The notes: generated by a model from the letters alone, not told the origin. Numbered from the stretch's first letter, positions 10,201 to 17,958 are shown. The stretch: 52,167 bases of DNA from Gammaproteobacteria bacterium (GCA_043742845.1 JAYTXS010000372.1:1-52167), one strand, 5' to 3'. Numbers and translations are program-made.

Positions 10201-12730
10201 GGCGCGCCGCGGCTCTCTGATCGATCAGCTGGCGAGGCTCAAGGAACCGGAGCCGGTGCCGCGGCAGCGCCTGAGCAATGCCGATGCCCCGACGCCGGAC
10301 AGTGCCGCGCGCGGCGCGCCGCCGCTGGAGTTCTTCAACGGCTTGGGAGGATTCGCCGCCGATGCACGCGAATACGTCGTGATCCTAGACAAGGGTCAGT
10401 GGACGCCCGCGCCATGGATCAACGTCATCGCCAACCCGCAATTTGGCTGTCTGGTATCGGCGGACGGCTCCGGCAGTACTTGGTCGTTGAACGCACAGCA
10501 GAATCAAATCACTCCCTGGTGCAATGATCCCGTCGGCGATGCACCAGCCGAGGTCATCTACGTCCGCGACGAGGCGACGGGAACCTTATGGAGCGCCGCG
10601 CCGCTGCCCATTCGCGAGCCGTCCGCCACGTATGTCATCCGCCATGGCTTCGGCTACAGTCGCCTCGAGCATGCCTCGCACGGTATCTCGCTGGATCTTC
10701 TACAGTTCGTGCCGCTCGGGGATTCGCTGAAGATCTCGCGGCTCAAGATCAAGAACTCCTCGACCGAGTCGCGCCAGCTGTCGATTACTCACTACCTGGA
10801 CTGGGTGCTGGGAAATCAGCGCAGCAAGACGGCACCGTTCATCGTGACGGAAATCGAGCCCAAGACCGGGGCGCTGCTGGCGCGAAATCCCTGGAGTAAC
10901 GGCTTCCAATCGCGGATCGCCTTCATGGACATGGCGGGACAGCAACGCGGCTGCACCGCCGATCGTGCAGAATTCATCGGCCGGCACGGCTCGTTGGCCG
11001 AGCCGGCCGCTTTGATCGGGCCGCACTCGCTGACAAATCGCGTCGGCGGCGGTCTGGACCCCTGCGGCGCCATGCAAACCAAGGTCAGCTTGAGTCCAGG
11101 CGAAGAAATCGAGCTGAGGCTGCTGGTCGGAGAAGAGGCATCGTCGGCGGCCGCCATCGAACTCATCGAACGTTACCGCACCATCGATCTGGATGCCGCA
11201 CTGAAGAGCGTGACGGATTTCTGGGACCAGACTCTGGGAGCCACTCAGGTCAAGACACCCGATCGCTCCATGGACATTCTCGTGAACGGCTGGCTGCTGT
11301 ATCAGACGCTGGTTTGCCGCGTATGGGCGCGGACCGCGTTCTATCAATCGAGCGGCGCCTACGGCTTCCGCGATCAATTGCAGGACGTCATGGCGCTGAT
11401 GGTTTCACGTCCGGAGATTGCCCGCGAACACATCCTGCGTGCGGCGGGGCGGCAGTTCGAGGAAGGGGACGTGCAGCATTGGTGGCTGCCGACGTCCGGT
11501 CAGGGCGTAAAAACCCGCGTCTCGGACGACCGCATCTGGCTGGCCTACGTGCTCGTGCACTATCTCGAGGTCACCGAGGATTTCGCGGTGTTGGATGAAT
11601 CCGTGCCCTACCTGAGCGGCGGCCCCTTGCCGGCCGACAGCAACGAGACCTTCTCCGCCCCTGAATCCAAGACGGCGGGGTCGCTGTTCGAACACTGCGT
11701 GCGAGCGCTCGATTCCAGTCTGACCATCGGTGCACACGGTCTGCCGCTGTTCGGCACGGGCGATTGGAATGACGGCATGAACCGCGTCGGGGTCGCCGGG
11801 CGCGGCGAGAGCGTCTGGCTGGCGTGGTTTCTATACGCCACCTTGCTGAAGTTCGCGCCTATCGCCGAGCGGCGCGGCGAGCCCGCCATGGCCGCGCAAT
11901 GGCGTAAGCAGGCGCACGCCCTGCAGCAGGCCATTGAACGCGAAGCCTGGGACGGCGACTGGTATCGGCGCGGCTACTTCGATGACGGCACGGCGTTAGG
12001 ATCAGTCACCAGCGATGAATGCCGGATTGATGCAATCGCTCAGTCGTGGGCGGTGATATCGGGGGCTGCACCGCGCGAGCGCGCGGTGCGCGCCATGTCC
12101 GCGGTGAACGCGCAGCTGGTCAGCCGCAGCGACGGATTGGTGCAATTGTTCACCCCTGCCTTTGACCACACGGCGCACGACCCGGGTTACATCAAAGCCT
12201 ATCCGCCCGGCTTGCGCGAGAACGGCGGCCAGTACACGCATGCGGCCATGTGGACGGTGCTGGCGTTTGCCGAGCTCGGCGACGGCGATCGAGCCGGAGA
12301 ATTATTCTCCATCATCAACCCCATCAATCATGCCAGCACTCGCGCCGGCATTCATCGCTACAAAGTCGAGCCCTACGTGGCCTGTGCCGATGTGTATTCA
12401 GCCGCTCAGCATGTCGGCCGCGGCGGTTGGACTTGGTACACAGGTTCTTCGGGATGGATGTACCGCACCGCCGTAGAGGGAATACTGGGCATTCACGTAC
12501 GCGGCCACAATCTCGTCGTCAATCCCTGCATCCCGCGAGCCTGGGCCGGTTTTGAAGTCACCCATCAGTTCGGCTCGTCACGCTACCGAATCAGGGTGGA
12601 AAATCCCAATGGCGTGAGTCGAGGCGTGGTCAAGGCATCGCTCGACGGGCGGGAAATAGCTACGTCGCCCTGTCAAATCGCCCTAGTGGAGGATGGCAGC
12701 GACCACTACGGAGTGGTCACGCTGGGCTGA
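4202..12730 (+). CDS. ndvB: Cyclic beta-1,2-glucan synthase (NdvB/ChvB/Cgs-type; membrane glycosyltransferase plus GH94-like phosphorylase region)
   Basis: Single 2842-codon ORF with a GTG start. N-terminus (ISAEIFGVERLEQHAESLA) resembles Cgs. TM segments flank a GT domain (ISLDADTRLP, QHRWTRGDWQ). The C-terminal part resembles cellobiose/chitobiose phosphorylases (YQSSGAYGFRDQLQD, ENGGQYTHAA). Size matches known about 2830-2870-aa Cgs proteins. Confidence 0.9.
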   Translation: MPLKYFRWRGRGRALLDRPAGIDEPISAEIFGVERLEQHAESLAKAQEVWPVRSAGISLHGRLRSNAATLNAAFHTLMQGIREGRAVTPAAEWLVDNYYIVNEHIHAVRRDLPLGFYKELPKLSNGHLRGYPRIYSIAWAIVAHSDNRFELDTLARFCRAYQRVQPLTIGELWAISITLRVMLIENLTRLASGIVHRLELREQADTLADRLLSDEANQAAPNAAARRAAEADRLPNAFAAQLFQRLRDHDPETTPALAWLHRTLAAQGDTADDVVHTEHQRQGAVNLSVRNVITSLRLISSVDWAKFFESVSLIDELLCTESSFGSFDFSSRDLYRHAIEDLSRRSRYTELEVARHALDAARRAAHRAGGLSSNSPHALEPGYYLVAEGRTELETQLAYRIPWNQRLARLTRGAGVHGYAGSIAALSIAMTGALLFFAGSPYGHPGTAAVIVVLALIAASDVGITIVNLWATHFCSPHVLPGLELLGGVTADLRTVIAVPVLLTSAADIEEFVHGLEVHYLATQDGDIRFALLCDWRDSATENAADDEELLGLAAAGIARLNRAHGNAPDGERFLLLHRRRLWNPGQRVWMGWERKRGKLHEFNRLLQGSMDTSFTAVAGRLPQAPRGVRYVISLDADTRLPRGAALSLIGKMAHPLNQPLIDTVNRRVTSGYGILQPRVTPSLPVGHEASFFQGVFSGPSGIDPYAFAVSDVYQDMFGEGSYSGKGIYDVAAFESTLAGRVDDNRLLSHDLFEGIYARCGLASDVEVVDEFPSRYDVATARQHRWTRGDWQLLPWVLGIRGPMSALGRWKMLDNLRRSALPPAVLLGLALCWWGEAALAWSAFFIGAIALPVLLPFLFSLRPRFADFTRAGYLRTARKETAQALSMIGLRLVFLADQAWVMTDAIVRTLYRLWISRRHLLEWTTTAQTIVGASTTPLSYYRRMAVGVLLALVLGVSLILIGHGIPLIAIPLLSAWLCAPMITRFVSRPSNRTRAEPLTPAEAHRLRIMARQTWSFFETFVTATQHMLPPDNFQETPNPIIANRTSPTNIGLYLLSIATAREFGWLGTIDAVERLEATFASLDKLERFRGHFYNWYDTHDLRALDPKYISTVDSGNLAGHLLALEGVCRGWMDKSTWTAVDRRGTLDTLEHMQRVVRALDDGRRNYGVTLSQLDAALEAMRVSLESAGAEGYVSELAAILGQTDNIHDIAQALTDERGEGGGAPLLKWADMLRSNVSSHHRDNRADTQQAAHLALRLSSIGQRSRAMALAMDFAFLVEPDRQLLSIGYSAAERVLDPSCYDLLGSEARLASFVAIAKRDLPVRHWFRLGRLLTPVDRSSALVSWAGSMFEYLMPILVMREPEGSLLGDTSQLIVKRQIEYGRELNLPWGVSESAFNARDREFTYQYSSFGIPGLGLKRGLGAEAVVAPYATGLAAMIDAKAAMRNFERLQKLGARGDYGWYDALDFTPARLPEGKTVVAVRNYMAHHQGMILVAIANVLKDGMFRTYFHANPAIKATELLLQERTPRDSDVPAPGIDELKSAPGLRELTATAPRLFSSPHHIAPRTHLLSNGNYSVMLTAAGSGYSRWRDIAVTRWREDPTCDPWGSYVFLRDVANGQVWSAGYQPVGREPDSYYVAFFEDRAQITRRDGAIITSTEILVSPEDDAEVRRVSVTNEGTRVREIELTTYSEVVLSTADADSAHPAFSKMFVRTEFLADSGALLATRRTREIGEPQLWAAHVSVLEGDAIGGLQFETDRARFLGRGRDLRNAVSVLDARPLSNTVGTVLDPVLALRRRVRIPPGHTMRLAFWTGVSASRDEAIAMVDKHRDVAAFDRAKTLAWTQAQVQLRYLGADFEEAQTFQRIANRVLYSDAALRAPRDILEKNQSGPSDLWPQGISGDLPIVLVRIDDEGDIEIVKQLLRAHEYWRLKRLAVDLVILNERPPSYASELQQALDAVIRTSQARRDEDRTRRGTVYSLRADLLLPAVRDLLQTAARAVFVARRGSLIDQLARLKEPEPVPRQRLSNADAPTPDSAARGAPPLEFFNGLGGFAADAREYVVILDKGQWTPAPWINVIANPQFGCLVSADGSGSTWSLNAQQNQITPWCNDPVGDAPAEVIYVRDEATGTLWSAAPLPIREPSATYVIRHGFGYSRLEHASHGISLDLLQFVPLGDSLKISRLKIKNSSTESRQLSITHYLDWVLGNQRSKTAPFIVTEIEPKTGALLARNPWSNGFQSRIAFMDMAGQQRGCTADRAEFIGRHGSLAEPAALIGPHSLTNRVGGGLDPCGAMQTKVSLSPGEEIELRLLVGEEASSAAAIELIERYRTIDLDAALKSVTDFWDQTLGATQVKTPDRSMDILVNGWLLYQTLVCRVWARTAFYQSSGAYGFRDQLQDVMALMVSRPEIAREHILRAAGRQFEEGDVQHWWLPTSGQGVKTRVSDDRIWLAYVLVHYLEVTEDFAVLDESVPYLSGGPLPADSNETFSAPESKTAGSLFEHCVRALDSSLTIGAHGLPLFGTGDWNDGMNRVGVAGRGESVWLAWFLYATLLKFAPIAERRGEPAMAAQWRKQAHALQQAIEREAWDGDWYRRGYFDDGTALGSVTSDECRIDAIAQSWAVISGAAPRERAVRAMSAVNAQLVSRSDGLVQLFTPAFDHTAHDPGYIKAYPPGLRENGGQYTHAAMWTVLAFAELGDGDRAGELFSIINPINHASTRAGIHRYKVEPYVACADVYSAAQHVGRGGWTWYTGSSGWMYRTAVEGILGIHVRGHNLVVNPCIPRAWAGFEVTHQFGSSRYRIRVENPNGVSRGVVKASLDGREIATSPCQIALVEDGSDHYGVVTLG

Positions 12731-12740
12731 CCGGTACGCG

Positions 12741-13094
12741 CTACTCGTCGCGGCCGCGCTTGGCCCGCATCATGCCGATCGCGCGCAGCAACAGCGTCTT
12801 GGCGACCGCGCTCGCCGGCAACATGCGCAGCAGCCGCAGCGCCAGCGCGGGGCGCGCAATCAGCAGGCCTGCCGCCAATGCGCCCAGCGTTCCGATGCCG
12901 CGTCCGCTGGTGAACATCTGCATGGTGCGGCTGCGCGGAAAGCCGCGCCCGTTATTCGGCCGGTCAGTGAACGCTCGATCACCCGGCTCCGGTCGTGGAG
13001 GCGGGTCCAGCACGCGCAATATTTCCTCGCGCGACGCGGCCAGTCTCGTCAATATTTCGCTGCGGGCAATGTCGTCTCGTTCCGTCATGCCCAT
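12741..13094 (-). CDS. YqjK-like small membrane protein
   Basis: ATG at 13094 shares one base with the upstream gene's TGA (TGATG). About 117 aa with one C-terminal hydrophobic helix. Third gene of a yqjD-yqjE-yqjK-like operon. The ORF-track start at 13151 overlaps the upstream gene. Confidence 0.55.
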   Translation of the reverse strand: MGMTERDDIARSEILTRLAASREEILRVLDPPPRPEPGDRAFTDRPNNGRGFPRSRTMQMFTSGRGIGTLGALAAGLLIARPALALRLLRMLPASAVAKTLLLRAIGMMRAKRGRDE

Positions 13095-13480
13095 CAATCC
13101 TGATCCGACGCCGACAAAATGCGTTCTAGCAGAGCGCGGTCCTCGTGCCACTGGCGGCGCACCGAGTCCAACATCCGCGACCTCGACCGCACCAAGCTGA
13201 TTCTATAAATCGCTGCGGCAATAGCCGCCAACAAGAATGCACCGGCCATCCATGCGACGGCAGCCACGCGATAAGACGTGTCCCAGGTGCATGCCACCAC
13301 CACCAGGCAACCCATCAGCAGCGCAAATAGGCCGCAGACGGCCATGATGGCGGATGCCACGAACTCGGCCGCGAATTCGCGACAGGCTCGGGCCAGATCC
13401 AAGCTCACCAGATCCAAGTAGGCCGCGAAATGACGCAGCAGCGCCGGCGCCGCTTTTGGCAGTGACCATAACAGTCGCAC
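13094..13480 (-). CDS. YqjE-like (DUF1469/phage-holin-3-like) inner membrane protein
   Basis: GTG at 13480 lies 10 nt after the elaB-like stop. Two adjacent TM helices (MAVCGLFALLMGCLVVVAC.., AVAWMAGAFLLAAIAAAIY) followed by a charged tail, as in E. coli YqjE. Start is inferred. Confidence 0.6.
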   Translation of the reverse strand: MRLLWSLPKAAPALLRHFAAYLDLVSLDLARACREFAAEFVASAIMAVCGLFALLMGCLVVVACTWDTSYRVAAVAWMAGAFLLAAIAAAIYRISLVRSRSRMLDSVRRQWHEDRALLERILSASDQD

Positions 13481-13490
13481 CGGCCCGGTC

Positions 13491-13814
13491 CTAGTTTCGG
13501 CGCGTGGCCAAAATCCCCACCACGGCACCGACCAGCGCCGCGATGCCGATCGCCTGCCACGGACTGTCGCGCACGTAGTCATCAGCCGTGCTCGCCACTT
13601 TCTGCGCATGCTCGCGCAGGGTGTCGGCGCTGTCGGCCAAGCTCTGCTTGGTCGCATCGACTGCGCGCTGCACTTTACCGCGTACGCGTGCCACATCGGC
13701 ATCCTTCAAATCGGCGATCCGCGCCATCAGGTCTTCAACGTCGGCGATCAAATTCTTGACCTCGGTGGAAGCCGCCGCTTTGAGGTCGCTGACGCCGTCG
13801 AATGTATTTTCCAT
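13491..13814 (-). CDS. ElaB/YqjD/DUF883 family membrane-anchored ribosome-binding protein
   Basis: ATG at 13814 is preceded by GAGGAG at 6-nt spacing. The TTG at 13835 contains that RBS and is rejected. Helical N-terminal region. C-terminal motif SPWQAIGIAALVGAVVGILATRR is typical of ElaB/YqjD. Confidence 0.85.
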   Translation of the reverse strand: MENTFDGVSDLKAAASTEVKNLIADVEDLMARIADLKDADVARVRGKVQRAVDATKQSLADSADTLREHAQKVASTADDYVRDSPWQAIGIAALVGAVVGILATRRN

Positions 13815-13952
13815 AGTCGTCTCCTCAGAACCCAAAGAACATTATTGCCTATCCTGGCCGCCGCAGGAAAGCGGTACCATCGGTTCGCATCGGCCCTTAA
13901 TGTAGGAATCGCCCCACATGCTAAGCTTAGTCCCTGCGGCGCGGACAATCAC

Positions 13953-15359
13953 ATGAAAATCTTGGGTGAGGAATTGGGCGGGATAGGCCGATGGTACATC
14001 GCCCTGCCCCCGTTGTTATTGATCGGTTTCCTCGTCGGCCTGTTCTTTCTGGCTGCGGCCGGACAGTCGCGGCTCAACGCGGACAATGAGCGGGTGCACG
14101 ACTCGCAGTTGCGGCGCCAGTCCTTGGGCGAGTTCATTGCCCTCATGACCGACGCTGAGTCGGGGCAGCGTGGATATCTTCTGACCGGTGAGATTTCCTA
14201 TCTTCAGCCCTATACCGAGGCGGTGGCCAACGTCGAAGCGGCGCTCGATCGGGTGCACGAGGCGTATGGCGGCAGCGACGACAGCCGCGAGTTTCACGAG
14301 CTGCGCATACTCACCGGGAAAAAGCTCGGCGAGCTAGACGATACTCTCGCGCTATTCAAGCGAAGGGGCCCCGCGCCGGCGGTGAATGTCGTGCGCACCG
14401 ACGTCGGCAAGCACACCATGGATGAGTTAACGAAGATAGCCGGCGCGATGCGCGCCGAAGAATCCCGCGAACTGGCCGCGGCCACCTCCCAGTGGCAGTC
14501 GGATTTTCGCTTGTCGCGCTGGGTATCCGCTGCCGGCGTCATTCTCAATATTGGCCTGGTGTTGCTCGCCACACGCCTGGTGTACGGCGACATGCGCCGC
14601 CGCGCGCGCCTGTCCGCAAATCTGCGCGATCAGAAGCTGGAACTGGAATACCAGGTGGACTCCCGCACCCGGGAGCTGACAGCGCTCTCGACCCAATTGC
14701 AGGGTGTATCAGAGCAGGAGAAGTCCGCTCTTGCGCGCGAATTGCATGACGAACTCGGCAGCCTGCTGGTAGCCGCGCGCATGGATCTATCCTGGCTGCA
14801 ACAGCGCCTGCCCACCAGCGACCCGTCCATCGAAGCGCGTTTCAAGCGCATTCATGAGTCATTGAGTTCGGGAGTCGATCTTAAGCGCCGCGTGGTCGAG
14901 GAACTGCGGCCCACGCTACTCGACAACATGGGTTTGTTCGCGGCCATACGTTGGCAATTCAAAGAAACCTGCCGCCGCGCCGGACTCAACTGCACCGAAA
15001 CCATCCCTGAGGAAGAACCCCAGTTCAACCCCGATGCCGCCATCGGCGTGTTCCGCATCGCTCAAGAAGCGCTGACGAATATTCTCAAGCATGCGCAGGC
15101 CAAGTCCGCGGACTTATCCGTCGCAATCGTAGATGACACTTTCACGCTACGCGTCGCCGACGATGGCAAGGGGATCGCTCCCGCGCGAATGCAAACCATC
15201 ACCTCCCATCACGGGCTTGCGTCAATGCGCCACCGCATAGCCGCGCTCGGCGGCAGCTGGGAAATAAGCAGCGCCCAACCGCAGGGTACCGTGGTGATCG
15301 CCCTCATTCCACTGTCGCGCATGCTATTGACCGAATCGATGCTCCAACCGCTCATCTAA
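13953..15359 (+). CDS. Sensor histidine kinase, CHASE3 periplasmic domain + HisKA_3 + HATPase (NarX/LiaS-type)
   Basis: ATG 13953 is followed by a TM helix, then a CHASE3-like segment (ESGQRGYLLTGEISYLQPY), a second TM helix and a coiled coil. H-box ELHDELGSLLVAARMDL. ATPase motifs NILKHAQA, DDGKG and GLASMRHRIAALGG. The upstream part of the ORF (13608-13952) is antisense to the elaB-like gene. Confidence 0.88.
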   Translation: MKILGEELGGIGRWYIALPPLLLIGFLVGLFFLAAAGQSRLNADNERVHDSQLRRQSLGEFIALMTDAESGQRGYLLTGEISYLQPYTEAVANVEAALDRVHEAYGGSDDSREFHELRILTGKKLGELDDTLALFKRRGPAPAVNVVRTDVGKHTMDELTKIAGAMRAEESRELAAATSQWQSDFRLSRWVSAAGVILNIGLVLLATRLVYGDMRRRARLSANLRDQKLELEYQVDSRTRELTALSTQLQGVSEQEKSALARELHDELGSLLVAARMDLSWLQQRLPTSDPSIEARFKRIHESLSSGVDLKRRVVEELRPTLLDNMGLFAAIRWQFKETCRRAGLNCTETIPEEEPQFNPDAAIGVFRIAQEALTNILKHAQAKSADLSVAIVDDTFTLRVADDGKGIAPARMQTITSHHGLASMRHRIAALGGSWEISSAQPQGTVVIALIPLSRMLLTESMLQPLI

Positions 15360-15362
15360 AAA

Positions 15363-15398
15363 GGCGAAGCCTTCGCCGTCGCCGGCGAAGGCTTCGCC
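15363..15398 (-). terminator. Inverted repeat between convergent genes; likely intrinsic terminator of the OmpA-like operon (possibly bidirectional)
   Basis: GGCGAAGCCTTCGCC (15363-15377), then gtcgcc, then GGCGAAGGCTTCGCC (15384-15398). The arms are exact reverse complements. On the minus-strand RNA the hairpin is followed by UUUU (plus-strand aaaa 15359-15362). Confidence 0.6.
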
Positions 15399-15455
15399 AA
15401 GAGCGCGCCAATGCCGCTCCGATACTAACGAGCCCAAGGATCCCGTCGTCGGGAC

Positions 15456-16322
15456 TTAGCTTCGGGGCGAAATTGCCCTACCGTCGTTGCCGCCGATGAC
15501 CACTTCCACGCGACGATTCAGCTGACGGCCGCCGGACTCAGTGTTGCTGGCAACCGGGTACGCTTTGCCATAGCCGACGGTGCCGATTCGCGCCGAATCA
15601 ACGCCGCGCGATAACAGCGCCGACTTGACCGCATCCGCTCGGCGGCGCGACAAATCTTCGTTGTAGGCATCGGTGCCGACACTGTCGGTGAAGCCGTCGA
15701 TTTGGACCAGCCTATCCTTGTGCTCATTTAAAAACTGCGCCAGCTGATCCAGCTTGCGGCTCGAGCCTGGATTCAATTCCGCGCGGCCGGTGTCGAACAA
15801 CACGTCTCCCAGAGTCAGCACCAAGCCACGAGGGGTTGGAGTCGCCTTGAGTTGATCGACTTCGGCCTGCAGGCGCGCCGCTTCTTGTTGAGCCGTCGCC
15901 GCAGTCTGCGCCGCCTGATCACGCTGATCCAGCGCCGCACTCGTCGCGGCCTTGGCGTTCTGCACTTCGCGAGTTCGAGCGCTCAGCATGATCTGGTCAC
16001 GTTCGGTCTGTCCGGCCGCCACTCGCGCGTCGTCCGCCTTGGCCGCGCCATGAATGCGCGCCAGCCGCGCATTCTGCTCAGCTACATAAGCAGGCTGCGC
16101 GATATCCGCTTCGCGATGATGCAACGCCGCGTCATCGGCAACCGCCAAACTCTTGCGTGCTGCCTCCAAGTCGAGTGCCGCGAACTTGCTGACGTTCGGA
16201 TCCGACTCGGCTGCGCGCACCGCATCATGCGCGCTCTCCAGCGCGGGATTCGGCCGCGGGCCGCCCGCGCAGGCGCCGAGAGCCAGCGCCAATGTGAGTG
16301 CAGAGATTAATTTCGCGTTCAT
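15456..16322 (-). CDS. OmpA-family lipoprotein with N-terminal DUF4398-like helical domain
   Basis: Signal peptide with lipobox LALGAC. Ala/Gln-rich coiled region. C-terminal OmpA_C peptidoglycan-binding domain (LFDTGRAELNP.., DGFTDSVGTDAYNEDLSRRRADAV, NRRVEVVI). Confidence 0.88.
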   Translation of the reverse strand: MNAKLISALTLALALGACAGGPRPNPALESAHDAVRAAESDPNVSKFAALDLEAARKSLAVADDAALHHREADIAQPAYVAEQNARLARIHGAAKADDARVAAGQTERDQIMLSARTREVQNAKAATSAALDQRDQAAQTAATAQQEAARLQAEVDQLKATPTPRGLVLTLGDVLFDTGRAELNPGSSRKLDQLAQFLNEHKDRLVQIDGFTDSVGTDAYNEDLSRRRADAVKSALLSRGVDSARIGTVGYGKAYPVASNTESGGRQLNRRVEVVIGGNDGRAISPRS

Positions 16323-16331
16323 GAGTACACC

Positions 16332-16721
16332 TTATTGAGCGGGTTGGGTTGCGCGTATGGATTCGCCGCGCAAAGCTTGCATGCTGGCGTCGAATTCCAT
16401 CGCCGCCTTATGCGAGCGCGCTTGCTGCGCGGTCGCCTCGGCGACCTGCGCGTCGAGATCGGCTTGTTCAGCCAGCATCGTCGCGGCCTTAAGTTCGCGA
16501 TCGGTCGCCGCCTTTTCCGCGCGCGCTAATTTCTCGCGTGCCGTCGCCATTTCCACGGGCGCGAGTTCAGGGGCACCGGACTGCTCCGCGCGCTGCACCG
16601 ACGCCTTGGCCACCGCGAGTTTCTCGTTGGGCGGCGGATTGGCGGCGACAGCCGACGTACCGATGCTCAATGCGGCGCAGACCAAGACTGCGCGTATGAA
16701 TTTTGTCTTGTGAATTCTCAT
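16332..16721 (-). CDS. DUF4398-like secreted helical protein
   Basis: ATG 16721 is preceded by AGGAG. Signal peptide MRIHKTKFIRAVLVCAALSIGTSAVA. Mature part (LAVAKASVQRAEQSGA..ATAREKLARAEKA) resembles the N-terminal domain of the downstream OmpA-like protein. Stop lies 10 nt before that gene. Confidence 0.75.
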   Translation of the reverse strand: MRIHKTKFIRAVLVCAALSIGTSAVAANPPPNEKLAVAKASVQRAEQSGAPELAPVEMATAREKLARAEKAATDRELKAATMLAEQADLDAQVAEATAQQARSHKAAMEFDASMQALRGESIRATQPAQ

Positions 16722-16845
16722 TGGATCTCCTGTAAAGGTGCGGTTCGTAACGGCCGCTTGTGCGCTGGCATGATGGACATGCGTGCCCGGCGTTGATGTA
16801 GGACATCCCGCCAACATGACTACGTCAATTGCTGAAGGGTCTGTA

Positions 16846-16871
16846 GGCACAACGGCTGTTGCCGTTGTGCC
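16846..16871 (-). terminator. Perfect 11-bp stem-loop after the orphan receiver gene (attenuator, processing or stability element; no U-tract)
   Basis: GGCACAACGGC tgtt GCCGTTGTGCC, about 20 nt downstream of the receiver stop (16892). No T-run follows on either strand. Confidence 0.4.
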
Positions 16872-16891
16872 TCAAGATTCGCCGGCGACGA

Positions 16892-17287
16892 TCAATGTTT
16901 GGAGAGATGCGCTTCGCAGATGTCGTGCAAAACTTCCGGCAGCCGTCCGTAATCGCGAGCTTTATCCAGAAAATGGGTTGCGCCGAGCGCGATCGCGGCG
17001 TTCTTATATTCCGGCAGATCGTAGTTGGTGAGCACGATGATGCGGGGCTTTATCTGAGCGGTGGCCAGCGCGCGCATGACTCCGAAGCCTGTGCCCTGCT
17101 TCAAATGCAAATCAAGAATGATCACATCGACCGCTTCGCGGGTCGCCGACGCCACGGCCGCCGCCTCGGTGTCTGCGGTTCCAATCAATTCCACCTGGGG
17201 AATTTGCCGTATCGCTTCAGTCAATCGCTCCGTCAACACCTTGGAGTCTTCGACCAGAAGCACTCTCAAGCATTGAGCCATTGGCAT
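16892..17287 (-). CDS. Stand-alone response-regulator receiver (CheY-like) protein
   Basis: RVLLVEDS acidic pocket, phospho-acceptor context VIILDLHL, VLTN, and conserved Lys in FLDKA. No output domain (131 aa). Confidence 0.85.
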   Translation of the reverse strand: MPMAQCLRVLLVEDSKVLTERLTEAIRQIPQVELIGTADTEAAAVASATREAVDVIILDLHLKQGTGFGVMRALATAQIKPRIIVLTNYDLPEYKNAAIALGATHFLDKARDYGRLPEVLHDICEAHLSKH

Positions 17288-17300
17288 CCTCGCATGTCCT

Positions 17301-17933
17301 TCATTGAATTAGCCCATTTCGGAGTGCATAAGAGGTGATGTCGGCGTTGGCGGTAAAGCTCATTTTTTCCAGTATGCGGCTGCGATAAGTACTCACCGTC
17401 TTGACGCTGAGGCTGAGCTCGTTCGCGATATCCGACACGCCCCGACCGGCGGCTATTTTGCAGAAAATCTGAAATTCGCGGGTCGACAATCGGGCGTGCA
17501 ACGGCTTGTCCGGATCGCCGTCTAGGTCGGCCACCAGAATCTCCGCCAGCGCCGCGCTGACATAGCGCCGACCCGACAATACGGTGCGCACCGCCTTCAT
17601 TAATTCCTCGGGTGCGCTGTCCTTCGATAGATAGCCGCTCGCGCCGGCGCGCAGCACGTTGACCGCGTATTGCTGCTCCGGCAGCCCGCTCATCACCAAT
17701 ACCCTGACGCTGGGATGGCCCGTCTGTATGTGCCTCAATATGTCCAGACCGCTTCGGTCAGGCATGTGAATATCGAGCAATACCAGATCCCAGTCGTGCT
17801 CACGCAGCTGGTTCAAGGTCTCGTTGCCGCTCGCGGCCTCGCCGACGGCGTTGATGCTGGCATCGGCTTCCAGAAACTGTTTGAACCCCGCTCGAACCAC
17901 AGCGTGATCATCCGCGATGAGAACTCTTGACAC
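17301..17933 (-). CDS. NarL/LuxR-family two-component response regulator
   Basis: Receiver motifs (VLIADDH, LVLLDIHMPD, VMSG, GYLSK). C-terminal LuxR HTH (LSTREFQIF..GRGVSDIANELSLSVKTVSTYRSRILEKM). Matches the HisKA_3 kinase class encoded nearby. Confidence 0.9.
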   Translation of the reverse strand: MSRVLIADDHAVVRAGFKQFLEADASINAVGEAASGNETLNQLREHDWDLVLLDIHMPDRSGLDILRHIQTGHPSVRVLVMSGLPEQQYAVNVLRAGASGYLSKDSAPEELMKAVRTVLSGRRYVSAALAEILVADLDGDPDKPLHARLSTREFQIFCKIAAGRGVSDIANELSLSVKTVSTYRSRILEKMSFTANADITSYALRNGLIQ

Positions 17934-17958
17934 GTTTTAATCTCCGTTCAGCGGGCGC

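Noticed and set aside
12731-12740. Only 10 bp between the convergent stops of the glucan synthase and yqjK-like genes, with no terminator hairpin
   Set aside because: Possible transcriptional interference, but nothing in the sequence supports a specific mechanism. Recorded as an observation only.
13608-13952. Upstream extension of the histidine-kinase ORF
   Set aside because: It runs antisense through the elaB-like gene. The kinase's first TM helix and CHASE3 domain start right after the ATG at 13953.
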